The translations under genes were made by a program, and so were the position numbers. From the IMG/VR virus record IMGVR_UViG_3300036713_000599: 64,000 nt of DNA. One strand, written 5' to 3'. The notes under the pieces were generated by a model, which was given only the letters and a program-made list of their open reading frames with translations, was not told where the DNA came from and did not search any database. The DNA comes from a virus. Taxonomy: Duplodnaviria; Caudoviricetes. This document shows positions 27,936 to 37,680 of this stretch, piece by piece. Numbering within the stretch: the first letter of the stretch is position 1; the number at the start of each line of letters is the position of its first letter.

Positions 27936-28101
27936 GGGTCCTCTGGACCTTTGGGGAATGGTTGACCACGTCCTTTCCTTGCAATGACCTCGCGTCCAGA
28001 CACGAGGAGGCGTACACCCACACGTCCTCTACAGTGACCGGCCTACCAACAAAGAACCAAAAGCAGATCCTCTTGTTAACTCGACCATCTACTCAAGAAC
28101 T

Positions 28102-28128
28102 AAAAAAGCCCTGACGAGTGCCAGGGCT
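28102..28128 (-). terminator. intrinsic terminator
   Basis: agccctg-N8-cagggct followed by T6 on the minus strand, downstream of the 28179 gene. Confidence 0.7.
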
Positions 28129-28178
28129 AAGGAAGAAGGAGCCGTTAGAACAGGAGGAATCTAGATCATACACCATCT

Positions 28179-28979
28179 TCACGTCAGATCGAACAAATTC
28201 TCGCCCAAAAGGCGCGACAGGAAGGATCTTCGCTCAGATCGTCGATAGAGTCTGAGAAATTTAGCGTAACACAGGTATTCAGATCCTGTATCAGACACAA
28301 TACTGACACCGCCATTGGCCGTCTCCTGTACCTCTACGAAAGATCCTCCTTTTCGGCTTTCCCATTCCTGCCCTACCTCGCACGGTGGCTCGGGCTGGTC
28401 CTGTGAAAAGTGAGAAGAAAAGTAACCGGAAGGCACGTTACTTACGGCAGATCTGACTTCGCTGGCAAGGACCACCCATGGGTACCCCTCGGATGTGACA
28501 CACACGTCCTGTAACTGAAAAGGTTCGTAGGTGTCTTTCGACCACCACGTGCTACCTATCGAGTACTCGGGCCAGCTTTTGTCACATGATTCGATTCTTC
28601 CTTGCCACACGTTGTCAGACATCTCATAACCATACAAGAATTCTGGGATCCAGACATAGGCTTCTGTGCCCAAAGGGTGCTCCTCGTCTTTCGAGTACAA
28701 AGACTGGGTGTGCGCGGAGAGCCTCTGGCCCAGATCGCTAGTGTGGATACCGACACCCAAAACACGACAAAAGGTTGTATTGTCTGACCACACTGTATCA
28801 CTACGAGGGAGGGTGTGGCCTGTTTCTTCCACAGGGCTCCAGTTTCCGTTTCGACCACGAAATGTGGGCATAGACCCTTCAGGTAGGTGTTCGTAGCATG
28901 ACCAAACTTGCGTACCTAGATCGTCTACCAGGGCCACAGGCGTACGATCACACCTGAATACATGGCATTTGTGGGGCAT
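28179..28979 (-). CDS. hypothetical protein
   Basis: ATG 10 nt after GGTGTA (28990-28995). Confidence 0.7.
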   Translation of the reverse strand: MPHKCHVFRCDRTPVALVDDLGTQVWSCYEHLPEGSMPTFRGRNGNWSPVEETGHTLPRSDTVWSDNTTFCRVLGVGIHTSDLGQRLSAHTQSLYSKDEEHPLGTEAYVWIPEFLYGYEMSDNVWQGRIESCDKSWPEYSIGSTWWSKDTYEPFQLQDVCVTSEGYPWVVLASEVRSAVSNVPSGYFSSHFSQDQPEPPCEVGQEWESRKGGSFVEVQETANGGVSIVSDTGSEYLCYAKFLRLYRRSERRSFLSRLLGENLFDLT

Positions 28980-29070
28980 TGTCGAATAATACACCAAAGA
29001 GGGCGGAAGGTGTTGTCAACACGAGAGATCGGACCATTGGGGCCGGTATCGAGGCTGAGACAGTCACAGG

Positions 29071-29289
29071 CTAATGCTTGTACGGACCTTCTCGATTAAG
29101 GCGAAGAGCCTCTCTCGCCGCCGCTCTGCGTATCTCCGTATCCTCGGATTCTAGCCGTGCCTGAATACTTGCCCATCGTGCACCGTAGGCTCTTTGGATC
29201 TTACGATCTGTCAGCACCTTATCAAGGACAGAAAGAAGGACAGAGTAGGCAAGTATAAATAGGAGAACTGTTGACCATGTAATCCACAT
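29071..29289 (-). CDS. small membrane protein
   Basis: N-terminal TM helix. Confidence 0.55.
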   Translation of the reverse strand: MWITWSTVLLFILAYSVLLSVLDKVLTDRKIQRAYGARWASIQARLESEDTEIRRAAAREALRLNREGPYKH

Positions 29290-29293
29290 ATAA

Positions 29294-29578
29294 TCACCTT
29301 AGTTTTGCCAGCCAGCCCTCGATTAGAGCCACAACATCCTTCTCAATGGCCTCGAATACACAAAGGTCTAAAGATTTGTCACCTGTAATGAAAACATCTG
29401 TGGTCCTTAACGTGTCTCTCTCGAACTTGACACGGAAAGCGTGTTTCCTGTTCTCCGGATACGTTGTGTGACCGTCGATAACTTTTGGCAAGAACATCCG
29501 CCCGTGAGCAACACCAAGAGTTTCCCCAAGGTCAACACGAGTAATACGGAGCTTCACGGGTACCTTTTCAGTTTTCAT
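29294..29578 (-). CDS. hypothetical protein
   Basis: ATG 29578 with GGAGG RBS. Confidence 0.6.
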   Translation of the reverse strand: MKTEKVPVKLRITRVDLGETLGVAHGRMFLPKVIDGHTTYPENRKHAFRVKFERDTLRTTDVFITGDKSLDLCVFEAIEKDVVALIEGWLAKLR

Positions 29579-29664
29579 GAACACCTCCACTGAAAGACAG
29601 AACACAAGCTCACTCGCGATCAAATGGTGGTCTGTGCTTAATCTTATTGTTCCGCACCCAAGAC

Positions 29665-30033
29665 ATGAGCGACCAAACGAAACGTGTGATCAGTCATTTC
29701 CTCACCGCAGGAAAAGACAAATGGTGGGCAACGCAACACAAAAGTGCCGACAAGGCGTTTAAAGGGGCTATAACGAAATTAGGCAAGCCCTTGTCGAACC
29801 TCCACGACGGTATCAAAGCTGTGGAACGACTTATCTCTCCCCTAGACTCAGCCATCGGTGGCACCGGCACAGGCAGTGGTACTGAGTGGGGCAACCTCAT
29901 ACAAGAGGTCACCAAAGAGCTAAGAGAATTCGAGAGGGCGACCACTGAGCTTACGGAACGCCGGTCTTCTATATCGGACAAGCTAAGGAAGCTCAGGGAT
30001 GTTGTAGAAAAGGAAGCTCAAAAGGAAGACTAG
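29665..30033 (+). CDS. coiled-coil hypothetical protein
   Basis: MSDQTKRVISHFLTAG start; helical C-terminus. Confidence 0.65.
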   Translation: MSDQTKRVISHFLTAGKDKWWATQHKSADKAFKGAITKLGKPLSNLHDGIKAVERLISPLDSAIGGTGTGSGTEWGNLIQEVTKELREFERATTELTERRSSISDKLRKLRDVVEKEAQKED

Positions 30034-30266
30034 GTTGAGAAGTAGATGTAGTTGAGAACTTTGGCATATTTGCTAGCTTCTTCGACGGCACCAGCTCCAG
30101 TCTCAGCCGAACCTGTGGCTCTCAGTTCAGGCTTAGGCCCGATTTTTCCAACCACACACTGCCATTGGAAAGCTGCAGTGTTTTGTGAACAGAATGGCTT
30201 AACAGTACAAGAAACCTCGTCTGTTTCCCATACTATATGACCGTCTTCTCTGTAGTGCCGGCTCAT
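30030..30266 (-). CDS. hypothetical protein
   Basis: 78 aa, ATGA-coupled to the macrodomain gene. Confidence 0.6.
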   Translation of the reverse strand: MSRHYREDGHIVWETDEVSCTVKPFCSQNTAAFQWQCVVGKIGPKPELRATGSAETGAGAVEEASKYAKVLNYIYFST

Positions 30267-30754
30267 AGGACGTACACTGTCACAGGAACACCTTTATTTA
30301 TAATCTCGTTCTGGATCATGGTCTTGATGTTCCCCCAGTGACCTCCTGCGAGACCTGCCCCAATACGAGGCGCGTGGACCGTCGCTTTGTGTATTGTGGC
30401 CCAACGATGGACAGCAGACAGTCCTCTACGAAGGGCGTCATAGCGGATAGGTGCCCGGCCCCCTGCTCCCATACCAGCGCCGTGTTGGCCTATAATATTG
30501 GCAACCCACAGCTCGTCGCCAACCTGGACGAGCTGTGCTTCTCCGAGCCCCATGGCACCAGTGACCTCAACACCTGCAGGTGACTCATGGCGAGCATACC
30601 AACCAATGTAGGCATCCTTGACCTTCGGCCACTGTTTAGCCACAGAGAGGGCGAAACCGGATCCAAAACGACCAAGGTCGTTGCAACAGTGCATGATGAT
30701 TTTTGACCCGACGCCCTCCGGCCTTGTGGCGTCGCCTTTTATTTCTACGAACAT
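30263..30754 (-). CDS. Poa1p/TARG1-like macrodomain protein
   Basis: IKGDAT, IIMHCCNDLGRFGSGFA, PRIGAGLAGGHW, VTVY. Confidence 0.85.
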   Translation of the reverse strand: MFVEIKGDATRPEGVGSKIIMHCCNDLGRFGSGFALSVAKQWPKVKDAYIGWYARHESPAGVEVTGAMGLGEAQLVQVGDELWVANIIGQHGAGMGAGGRAPIRYDALRRGLSAVHRWATIHKATVHAPRIGAGLAGGHWGNIKTMIQNEIINKGVPVTVYVL

Positions 30755-30771
30755 GTGTTCTCCTTTGGTCG

Positions 30772-31620
30772 TTAATACACTGAGGGAGCGGTGTCGAGGA
30801 GGCTTGCCTCCAAATCTTGAAGCCTAGTGACACTTTCTAGTCCTGAGGTGTTGGCGATATAATGCCTCACCTGGTTGCTGCCGTAATAGGTTCCGGCAAG
30901 GGCTCCGACTATGGTCGAAATGGTAGCGTTCCTGTCGCTTGCTCTCACGGCTGTTTCTACAGCATCCCCGAAGCTCTCTGTTCCACAGAAAGCTAGAAAT
31001 GCGGCCGGAACGGAATAAGTTACACAGTCGCCAGCACCGAGAAGTTCTAGGTGACGAAGGGTTTCGGCAGGTGTGCCGTAGCTTCTGTTTAACATGTCTA
31101 CAGCCTTGTACATGGCAGCACGTGTCAAAGAAGGTGGTACCCATTCTAATGTTCTATGTAGTACATTGGATCTATCCAGTTTGCCTTGGGCCAAGCCGAC
31201 AACGGCAATAGCGACAGCAGTGGAGCCCACACGGGCTTCATGGCTATTGTGAGTGATACTGGCATCCATTTTGGCAAACGATGCCACAGCATAAACATTG
31301 TTGTGGTGAAATAGACCTAAAGGTGCGATTCTCGCTGCAGCCTTATCGTCGACTGCTTCAGGAACTCCGGAGGTAGCCCACGGGATTGTTCTGAGATTCT
31401 TCATCGCCTTCTCGTTGACATCCCCCAAAACTACACCTCGTAAGAAAAGCGCACGGTACCTCTTTGCCACGTCTGCAGGAGCGTACACCTTGTTTTCAAT
31501 AAGACTCTTAGCGAGGACCATTGCCATCGCTGTGCCTTTTGTGCCTGATCTTGTAGGCTTGGAGAGTGTGTTGAGAGTGTCCCCAATAGCCAGTCCTGTA
31601 AGAGTCGCTGGATTGTTCAT
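30772..31620 (-). CDS. ADP-ribosylglycohydrolase (DraG/ARH) fold protein with degenerate metal motifs
   Basis: GLAIGDTL, AARIAPLGLF, ASITHN, SVPAAFLAF, IVGALAGTYYG; canonical TDDT and GDTDT read TKGT and SDRNAT. Confidence 0.75.
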   Translation of the reverse strand: MNNPATLTGLAIGDTLNTLSKPTRSGTKGTAMAMVLAKSLIENKVYAPADVAKRYRALFLRGVVLGDVNEKAMKNLRTIPWATSGVPEAVDDKAAARIAPLGLFHHNNVYAVASFAKMDASITHNSHEARVGSTAVAIAVVGLAQGKLDRSNVLHRTLEWVPPSLTRAAMYKAVDMLNRSYGTPAETLRHLELLGAGDCVTYSVPAAFLAFCGTESFGDAVETAVRASDRNATISTIVGALAGTYYGSNQVRHYIANTSGLESVTRLQDLEASLLDTAPSVY

Positions 31621-31673
31621 GGTAACATTTTACACCAAAGGAGGGCGAGGCGGCCCCGCCCTTCAGGGAGGGA

Positions 31674-31874
31674 CTATCTATTGATTTCTAGACCACTGCG
31701 GCGAAGATCCGACAATAGTTCGCGAAACGCTCGCGGGCCTGACAGGTTTGATCCTGCGTGGATGACAATATCCCCATAGGGCGGAACGAGACGCCAATGA
31801 CTGTTCCTTGTTCTCGTGATCACCCACCCTTGTTTCCTCGCTACTTTAAAAACTCTTCTCAATTCCTGGTTCAT
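31674..31874 (-). CDS. HicA-like small protein
   Basis: ARKQGWVITRTRNSHWRLVPPYG...SDLRRSG pattern; class I motif 31894-31922. Confidence 0.6.
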   Translation of the reverse strand: MNQELRRVFKVARKQGWVITRTRNSHWRLVPPYGDIVIHAGSNLSGPRAFRELLSDLRRSGLEINR

Positions 31875-31948
31875 GTCGACTTCTCCCTGCCCGTACTACG
31901 ACAGGGGCTTGTTGGAGTTCGGAAACTTTCGATACTTTTTCAGTTACC

Positions 31949-32419
31949 GTGAAGCATCCCACACTAGACGCACACGAGATCGCACACGACCTGTGGCAAG
32001 GCGGAAAGCCGCCTTACGGGACGTCTGTGGCCGAAAGTGGTTTCAGGATCCTCGTCTTGACTGCTCGCGAGTTCCAACCAGAAAGCGTATACTTTCCCGA
32101 CATTAAGGTTATTCACGCCCCTAATGACGACCATCCCAAGTTCGGCTCACTGACTAAGGAAAAACTTCGAGGTGCTGTAGGAGCAGCTCGTCAGGTAACC
32201 GACGCCATCAAAAACGGCCAAAAGGTCCTGGTGACCTGTGCTGCTGGCCTCAATAGATCAGGTCTCGTATCTGGCATAGTCCTACACATGTTGTACGGAT
32301 GGCCCGGGGAAAAGTGTGTACAAGTGGTCAGAGAGAAAAGAGGCCCCGTGGGAGACATGCTTCCTTTGTGTAATGAGGAATTTGTCCAAGTTCTGAAGAA
32401 TCTCAGAGCCCGGGAATAA
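31949..32419 (+). CDS. dual-specificity/PTP-type phosphatase
   Basis: CX5R loop VLVTCAAGLNRSG; PNDD acid loop. Confidence 0.85.
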   Translation: MKHPTLDAHEIAHDLWQGGKPPYGTSVAESGFRILVLTAREFQPESVYFPDIKVIHAPNDDHPKFGSLTKEKLRGAVGAARQVTDAIKNGQKVLVTCAAGLNRSGLVSGIVLHMLYGWPGEKCVQVVREKRGPVGDMLPLCNEEFVQVLKNLRARE

Positions 32420-32590
32420 AATACTGCCGAGGCTGACTTAGAGTCGGAACAGCCTCTCCATTTTTTGTAGGCCGTTTACCTGCACCTTTCAACTTTTTCG
32501 GCTTGCCTTGTTTTATGTCCTCGTACCGGAGACGAGAGCATTCCCAGTGGTAAGGGCCTTCAGACAACCCCACCACAGGGTCAGCTGCGC

Positions 32591-32944
32591 TCACATATAT
32601 GGCTTGTCCACACCAGTAACAGATGCGGACGAACTTAGATCGCTTGACCTCAGTACGCCTAACCGGTCTATCAGCTTGTTCCTTGCCTGATTTTTTAGAC
32701 CGCCGGTCCACGGGACTTCTGCCTCTTCGAGCCACTGCCAGTCTCCATACTCCTCGTCCGGTTTTCGAGACCGATCGTAGAATTTTACTGTCTTGAATTC
32801 CTGATTCAGCGAGCGCCTTCGTTCGTAATGGTAACGATCCAGTAACAAGTATTGCTCTGCGGCCAAGGTGAAAATCCACCGTTGGCGGATAAGGCCGGAA
32901 TCGGACAACTCAGACACTACCACAGGTTTTCGCAGAGGCGACAT
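32591..32944 (-). CDS. hypothetical protein
   Basis: 117-aa ORF, AGGAG upstream. Confidence 0.55.
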   Translation of the reverse strand: MSPLRKPVVVSELSDSGLIRQRWIFTLAAEQYLLLDRYHYERRRSLNQEFKTVKFYDRSRKPDEEYGDWQWLEEAEVPWTGGLKNQARNKLIDRLGVLRSSDLSSSASVTGVDKPYM

Positions 32945-32953
32945 GTCTGCAAC

Positions 32954-33325
32954 TTATTCCTCTTTTGGTAGCGGCTTACCTTCACATACAGTGTGGTCCT
33001 TTTCGCGGTACTCTTCAATCTTATCACATGAAGGGGTTTCGGACACACACCTGGGATTAACGAAGTACATGTGTGATGGATCCTGCAGTTCCCTGCACCA
33101 GTCGGCACATTCTTGGTTGGGTACTCCTTCGGGACCGGGAAGATCGGAGTTGTACACCTTCCGCCCTTCCTCGCAGTTGAGGCCTTCAGGGCCGATCCAG
33201 TGACACATGTTGTCGCACCAATCGGAGTCCGGTGGTGGGTTCGGTGGTGGTGTCCCTGGCTCTGTAGGCTTCGGACACCCTGCCACAAACATAACGAAGA
33301 GGGATAGGGTTGCGATTCGTACCAT
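32954..33325 (-). CDS. Cys-rich lipoprotein
   Basis: Lipobox-like FVAG-C after a hydrophobic leader; six further Cys; ATG 10 nt after GGTGTA. Confidence 0.7.
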   Translation of the reverse strand: MVRIATLSLFVMFVAGCPKPTEPGTPPPNPPPDSDWCDNMCHWIGPEGLNCEEGRKVYNSDLPGPEGVPNQECADWCRELQDPSHMYFVNPRCVSETPSCDKIEEYREKDHTVCEGKPLPKEE

Positions 33326-33403
33326 GTTACGAAGATACACCAAAGGGGCAATAGTTTACCGAAAAATTGAGCAACGCGAATTCTCTTGTCACCTGCACAG
33401 GTT

Positions 33404-34234
33404 ATGGCAAAACGTGTTTTTGACACAGGACCTTTTGGGTACCGTCCTGATCCCCCCAAAGAGACGGGGGAACGGGCAGACTTCAACTTCAAAACCCAGC
33501 TGCAGCCTAAGCTAGCGTCGGTCCACTCTGGCGACGTGGATCTAAGGAAACATACTACATCGTCTAGCCAGTACCGCGCAGGTTCCTGTGCGGGTAACGC
33601 CACGGCAGATTCCATAGAGGTGCTCAATTCTATCGAGGGTAGGCCTCACAGAGAGCTGTCCCGGATGTTCGTCTACACCCTCGCCCGCAATTTCATGGAC
33701 GAGGACATGGACGGTCGGAGCGATATCAACAGGGATGAAGGCACATATCTTCGCCTGTGTTTCGAGGTTTTGAGTAAGTTTGGAATTTGTGAAGAGAGCC
33801 TATGGCCCTACGAATTGGACGCGTTCGGGAAGCCAAAGAATCTATACAAGCTTCCTAGCCTTAAGGCGATGCGGCGGGCGACCGGCCACAAGATCCACAG
33901 CTACTATCGGATTGACGAGAGAGGCAGTGACCGGTTGGATGCGATCCTAGCGGCTCTTCGGGCCAACCATCCGGTGGTTTTCGGGACACTTGTTGACAAG
34001 GACTTCACAAGAATGCGAGATATTGGTCCAGTGGATCACCCCGACGAGTCTCTCACTGTAGGCGGCCATGCAATGATTGTTGTAGGCTACCTCACAGGGC
34101 TCGGATTCATCGTAAAGAATAGCTGGGGGGAACGCTGGGGAGAAGACGGGTTTTGTGCCATGAAGCCGAGCTACCTCGCCTGGAAGAGGACCAGGGATAT
34201 CTGGGTTCCCACGAGAGGGCGATCATTTAAGTGA
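33404..34234 (+). CDS. papain-family (C1A) cysteine protease
   Basis: SQYRAGSCAGNA (Gln, Cys), GGHAMIVVGY (His), IVKNSWGERWGEDG (Asn). Confidence 0.92.
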   Translation: MAKRVFDTGPFGYRPDPPKETGERADFNFKTQLQPKLASVHSGDVDLRKHTTSSSQYRAGSCAGNATADSIEVLNSIEGRPHRELSRMFVYTLARNFMDEDMDGRSDINRDEGTYLRLCFEVLSKFGICEESLWPYELDAFGKPKNLYKLPSLKAMRRATGHKIHSYYRIDERGSDRLDAILAALRANHPVVFGTLVDKDFTRMRDIGPVDHPDESLTVGGHAMIVVGYLTGLGFIVKNSWGERWGEDGFCAMKPSYLAWKRTRDIWVPTRGRSFK

Positions 34235-34313
34235 CGATCCAAAGAGGATCAGGATTTAGAAAGTTGGAAGCAAATTTACCCGAACTCCTTCAGCCAATGG
34301 ACGTAATACTACC

Positions 34314-34946
34314 ATGACAACCGACTCCACAAAAAAAGTTATCGACCTTTTCCTGCGCACCGCTTCCGGCCTCCCTCTCGGGAAGACATAGGAAAACGGC
34401 AAGGTTCGCGTCCACCGGTACAGCAACCACTTCAAAGTACAAGACCTTGCCAACGCCGGCAAGCGGGGCAAGAAGGTTCGAGAAATGGCAATCATGCCGG
34501 CGACAGCCTCCATGGTTGAAGAGGCTGAGCTGATGGATCGCTACAGCAAGCACGTGATGCTCAATGCGGGCGGCGGCTACGACTCGATCAAGAGATTCTT
34601 CGATGACATCGAGGAATTCCAGATCAAGGAGACTTTGAAGCGGGGGATCGATACCCGTCCCGGTAACCTTAGGAAGATCGAACTCCGATGGAAGTCGGGC
34701 GACGGTGAGCTTGACCTGACTGCCACGAATTTGGAGTTCCGTGTCCGCAGCAGTGTTCCTCTCAGGCACCCAGAGTCGGATGAACCTATAGGTAGACAAG
34801 ACACGTCTTATTGGTCTGCTAGCAAGCGGGACGCTGCGAAGTTCTACGGATGGCTCGACGCCAATGAGACAAAGGTCAAGAAAATGGGTATTCGAGAACT
34901 CCGTTCCCTTTGGAACAAGCTCAAGGTCAAGTACGACTACCATTGA
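34314..34946 (+). pseudogene. hypothetical gene with in-frame TAG at 34389-34391
   Basis: ATG 5 nt after class I motif 34280-34308; MTTDSTKKVIDLFLRTASGLPLGKT*ENGKVRVHRY... continues in frame into the 34485 ORF. Confidence 0.6.
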
Positions 34947-34952
34947 GGCGAT

Positions 34953-35324
34953 ATGTACGATTACAACAGAATAGCCCAGTCCCTGAACCTACAGCATAAG
35001 ACGATCTGGGAAGTCAAAGTCCAGTGGGCACACGACATCCTTTCTTCTGTGAGCGAACTTGCGAGACGTCTTCCTGGGACAGGCACAGTGTCCCACAACT
35101 CAGGCAGTGTCGCTTTGCTCGAAGTCAGGGGCTATGACAAGTCCGATCTGGAGTGGACCGCGAAAGTCGAATTGGAGTGGAGCCGTGACACGCTCGTGGC
35201 CGAGGTCCTGTTCGACCATGTCATGAGAGGAAGGTCTTCTGCCAGAGACAGATTCGACGAGACTGCCGAGGCAATGGAAATTGCTGAGTTCTGTCTCAGT
35301 AGTTTGAAAAAATTCATAGGATGA
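34953..35324 (+). CDS. hypothetical protein
   Basis: 123 aa, GAGG RBS. Confidence 0.65.
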   Translation: MYDYNRIAQSLNLQHKTIWEVKVQWAHDILSSVSELARRLPGTGTVSHNSGSVALLEVRGYDKSDLEWTAKVELEWSRDTLVAEVLFDHVMRGRSSARDRFDETAEAMEIAEFCLSSLKKFIG

Positions 35325-35472
35325 AAGAGCCGCCCCGTCATCGCCGGTAAGGCCAAGCGAATTTACCTGAAGTCCGCAAGGCTCTCTGGGGCAGCACTTC
35401 TGGTCACCAAGCTATTTAGCGGTTTCTTGCGGCGAGGTGGCTCCGCCCTCCTTTTTGGTGTAGCACACCAAC

Positions 35473-36165
35473 ATGTCGATTTTAGCAGGCACAAAGATCA
35501 CACAAGAAATTGAAAGGGGTCGCATTTTCGTGGATCCCTTCGAACCAAAACATATCAACCCGGCCTCTCTCGATCTGACCCTTGGGTCGAAGGTATCCGT
35601 CTACAAAAAATGGACTTCCCTTATCGGAGCCGACACGTGGGACAGAGATCTCCTCGGCCCTTATGACGGTTCTACTCTCCAAGTCACGACAATGGATGCG
35701 CTCGATGTGAGGCGTGAGAAACACGAAACGAGAGAATTCGAGATCGATCCCAAGAAGGGTTGGCTGATCAACCCTGGCGTCGGCTACCTTATGCACACTC
35801 ACGAACGTGTTCGAACAGACCATTACGTGCCCATCATCGACGGAAAATCCTCTGTGGGTCGACTTTTTGTCAGCATCCACGAGACAGCTGGCTTTGGTGA
35901 CCCCGGCTTTGACGGACAATACACGTTGGAGGTTACGAGCCGGTTTCCTGTCCGGTTCTACCCGGGTATGCGGATCTGCCAAATACGTTTTCACAAAATT
36001 GAAGGCACCCCTACCTTGTACAACGGGCATTACACAAAGGAGCGGGCAGCGGGACCGGTTTCCTCTGCAATTCGGAGCAGCGCCTTTCCCAAAGAGGCTG
36101 TTCCGTCAGATTTCGATGACAAGGAAGAAGCAAAAACCAACCCCTTCAACGGGGGGAGGCTCTGA
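35473..36165 (+). CDS. dcd: dCTP deaminase
   Basis: INPASLDLTL, DGKSSVGRL, TAGFGDPGFDGQYTLEV, RICQI. Confidence 0.92.
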   Translation: MSILAGTKITQEIERGRIFVDPFEPKHINPASLDLTLGSKVSVYKKWTSLIGADTWDRDLLGPYDGSTLQVTTMDALDVRREKHETREFEIDPKKGWLINPGVGYLMHTHERVRTDHYVPIIDGKSSVGRLFVSIHETAGFGDPGFDGQYTLEVTSRFPVRFYPGMRICQIRFHKIEGTPTLYNGHYTKERAAGPVSSAIRSSAFPKEAVPSDFDDKEEAKTNPFNGGRL

Positions 36166-36189
36166 CCTTCTTCTTGTGGCTCCTCTCTG

Positions 36190-36558
36190 GTGATGGACCG
36201 ATATCTAATTCACCAGATGCAAATGGAGCTAGGCATCACATCCGAACGACTCCAACAAATTCGAGAACTCCCCTTTGCTGCCGCTTGCAAGGCCCTTGAG
36301 CAACTCAAGGAGGATGTCCGCAAATCCTTCCGTAAGCTGGCTCTGAAGTACCACCCTGACCACAATCAAGACGATCCTGCGGCCGAGAGTAAATTCAAAA
36401 TCCTCGTATTGCTCGCGACCAAGGTCAAAAATCTTCGGGTACAAAAACCCACTACCCGTACCTACGTGGTACACGTTACCCACATAGGTATACCTAGGGC
36501 GAACATTCCCCCCAAAAGGGCCTATAACGCCCGTCGGGTAATTTTTATCCGGCCTTAG
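36190..36558 (+). CDS. J-domain protein
   Basis: [28 protein letters not shown]. Confidence 0.85.
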   Translation: MMDRYLIHQMQMELGITSERLQQIRELPFAAACKALEQLKEDVRKSFRKLALKYHPDHNQDDPAAESKFKILVLLATKVKNLRVQKPTTRTYVVHVTHIGIPRANIPPKRAYNARRVIFIRP

Positions 36559-36607
36559 TCCCGAACATACTTCCAACGACGACGTAGTACGGGAAAAGGA
36601 GATTCCC

Positions 36608-37069
36608 ATGCAAGGATGCGCTGACCCTACATTTGGATTGCCGTCACAGATCTTGAACCTGTTGAACTTTCTAGGCTCAGTGGAACCGGTGTTCGCGGAC
36701 TGGAACGGTGACACATACGACATATTGGTGGAAACAGAAGCCCATGAGGGGGCGGCGATCGTTCGGATCTATCACCCACAGTGGAAACATCGCTGCCTCC
36801 ACTTCAAACTTTCCGAGAGCTACGAAAGGCAAGAAATCGAGGTCCTCTGTTGGACAGCATCGCACCCAACAGAGGACTGGATCAGCTGTAGCGAAAAGTT
36901 TCCCTCAGAGATGTACAAGTTCGGTGATTTTGGAGCAGTGGTGAACCATTTCACGACAATGGGCTACAAGTACTACAAAAAGCTACGTGAAGACGAAAAG
37001 GAAGCCCAGAGGATGGCCCGTGAGGCGATGAAGCAACCTGAGTTAAGGATGTTTCGGGGAGAGCGGTAG
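36608..37069 (+). CDS. hypothetical protein
   Basis: Class I motif 36561-36589 plus AAGGAG RBS. Confidence 0.7.
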   Translation: MQGCADPTFGLPSQILNLLNFLGSVEPVFADWNGDTYDILVETEAHEGAAIVRIYHPQWKHRCLHFKLSESYERQEIEVLCWTASHPTEDWISCSEKFPSEMYKFGDFGAVVNHFTTMGYKYYKKLREDEKEAQRMAREAMKQPELRMFRGER

Positions 37070-37204
37070 CTCAAGGCTTCTTAAGTCTGAGAGAGTCATC
37101 GAAGCTGAGGACACCTGCCAGGATTAGCTTTTGGACGGCGATCCTGACCTCTTTCTGGGTCATCCCTAGAGGGGGAGACTTTTCAAGCTCTCTCGGTAAA
37201 CAAT

Positions 37205-37247
37205 CCCCGCCCTAAAGGACGGGGCTTCCGCGCCAGAGAACGGTGAA
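37205..37247. repeat. IS200/IS605-end-like hairpin motif, copy 1
   Basis: ccccgccctaaaggacggggcttccgcgccagagaacggtgaa; 37 of 43 nt identical to 47267-47309. Confidence 0.75.
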
Positions 37248-37296
37248 GTCGGAGTTCGTTCCACGACCGAGAGGATTGATTGTTCTTGCTTGGTCA

Positions 37297-37614
37297 TCAC
37301 ACCAACGTCCTTGGAGCCTTCGACGGTGAGAGCCTACGGCCCATAGAAGGCGTTTTCTTGATGGACCTCCACTTGGGTACACTTTCGATTGGTTCAACGC
37401 TCAGAAGGCGTCTGGGAGGGCCGCCAGAGGCATCCATCCCAGTGGCCTTGATCCGGAACCGGCAGTCCACACGGAGTTCTTCGATCCGACCACCATTTGT
37501 CCGGACGATCCTGAACCTCAAAGCCAAAGGGTCTCCGACACGAAGAGAGTCCGGAAGATCTAATTTCACCTGAGGTTGTCCTTTGATTTCAAGAAGTTTC
37601 ACGATGCTCAGCAT
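37297..37614 (-). CDS. hypothetical protein
   Basis: 105-aa ORF. Confidence 0.6.
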   Translation of the reverse strand: MLSIVKLLEIKGQPQVKLDLPDSLRVGDPLALRFRIVRTNGGRIEELRVDCRFRIKATGMDASGGPPRRLLSVEPIESVPKWRSIKKTPSMGRRLSPSKAPRTLV

Positions 37615-37680
37615 TTTACCTCCGAAGAACGGTTAACAAAAACCTACCTACACCGTTCATTATGGTGTATGCTGCGAAAC

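Noticed and set aside
34389-34391. Genome-wide TAG recoding
   Set aside because: Multiple well-bounded genes end in TAG (for example Hsp20 at 20908) and long conserved genes contain no internal TAG.
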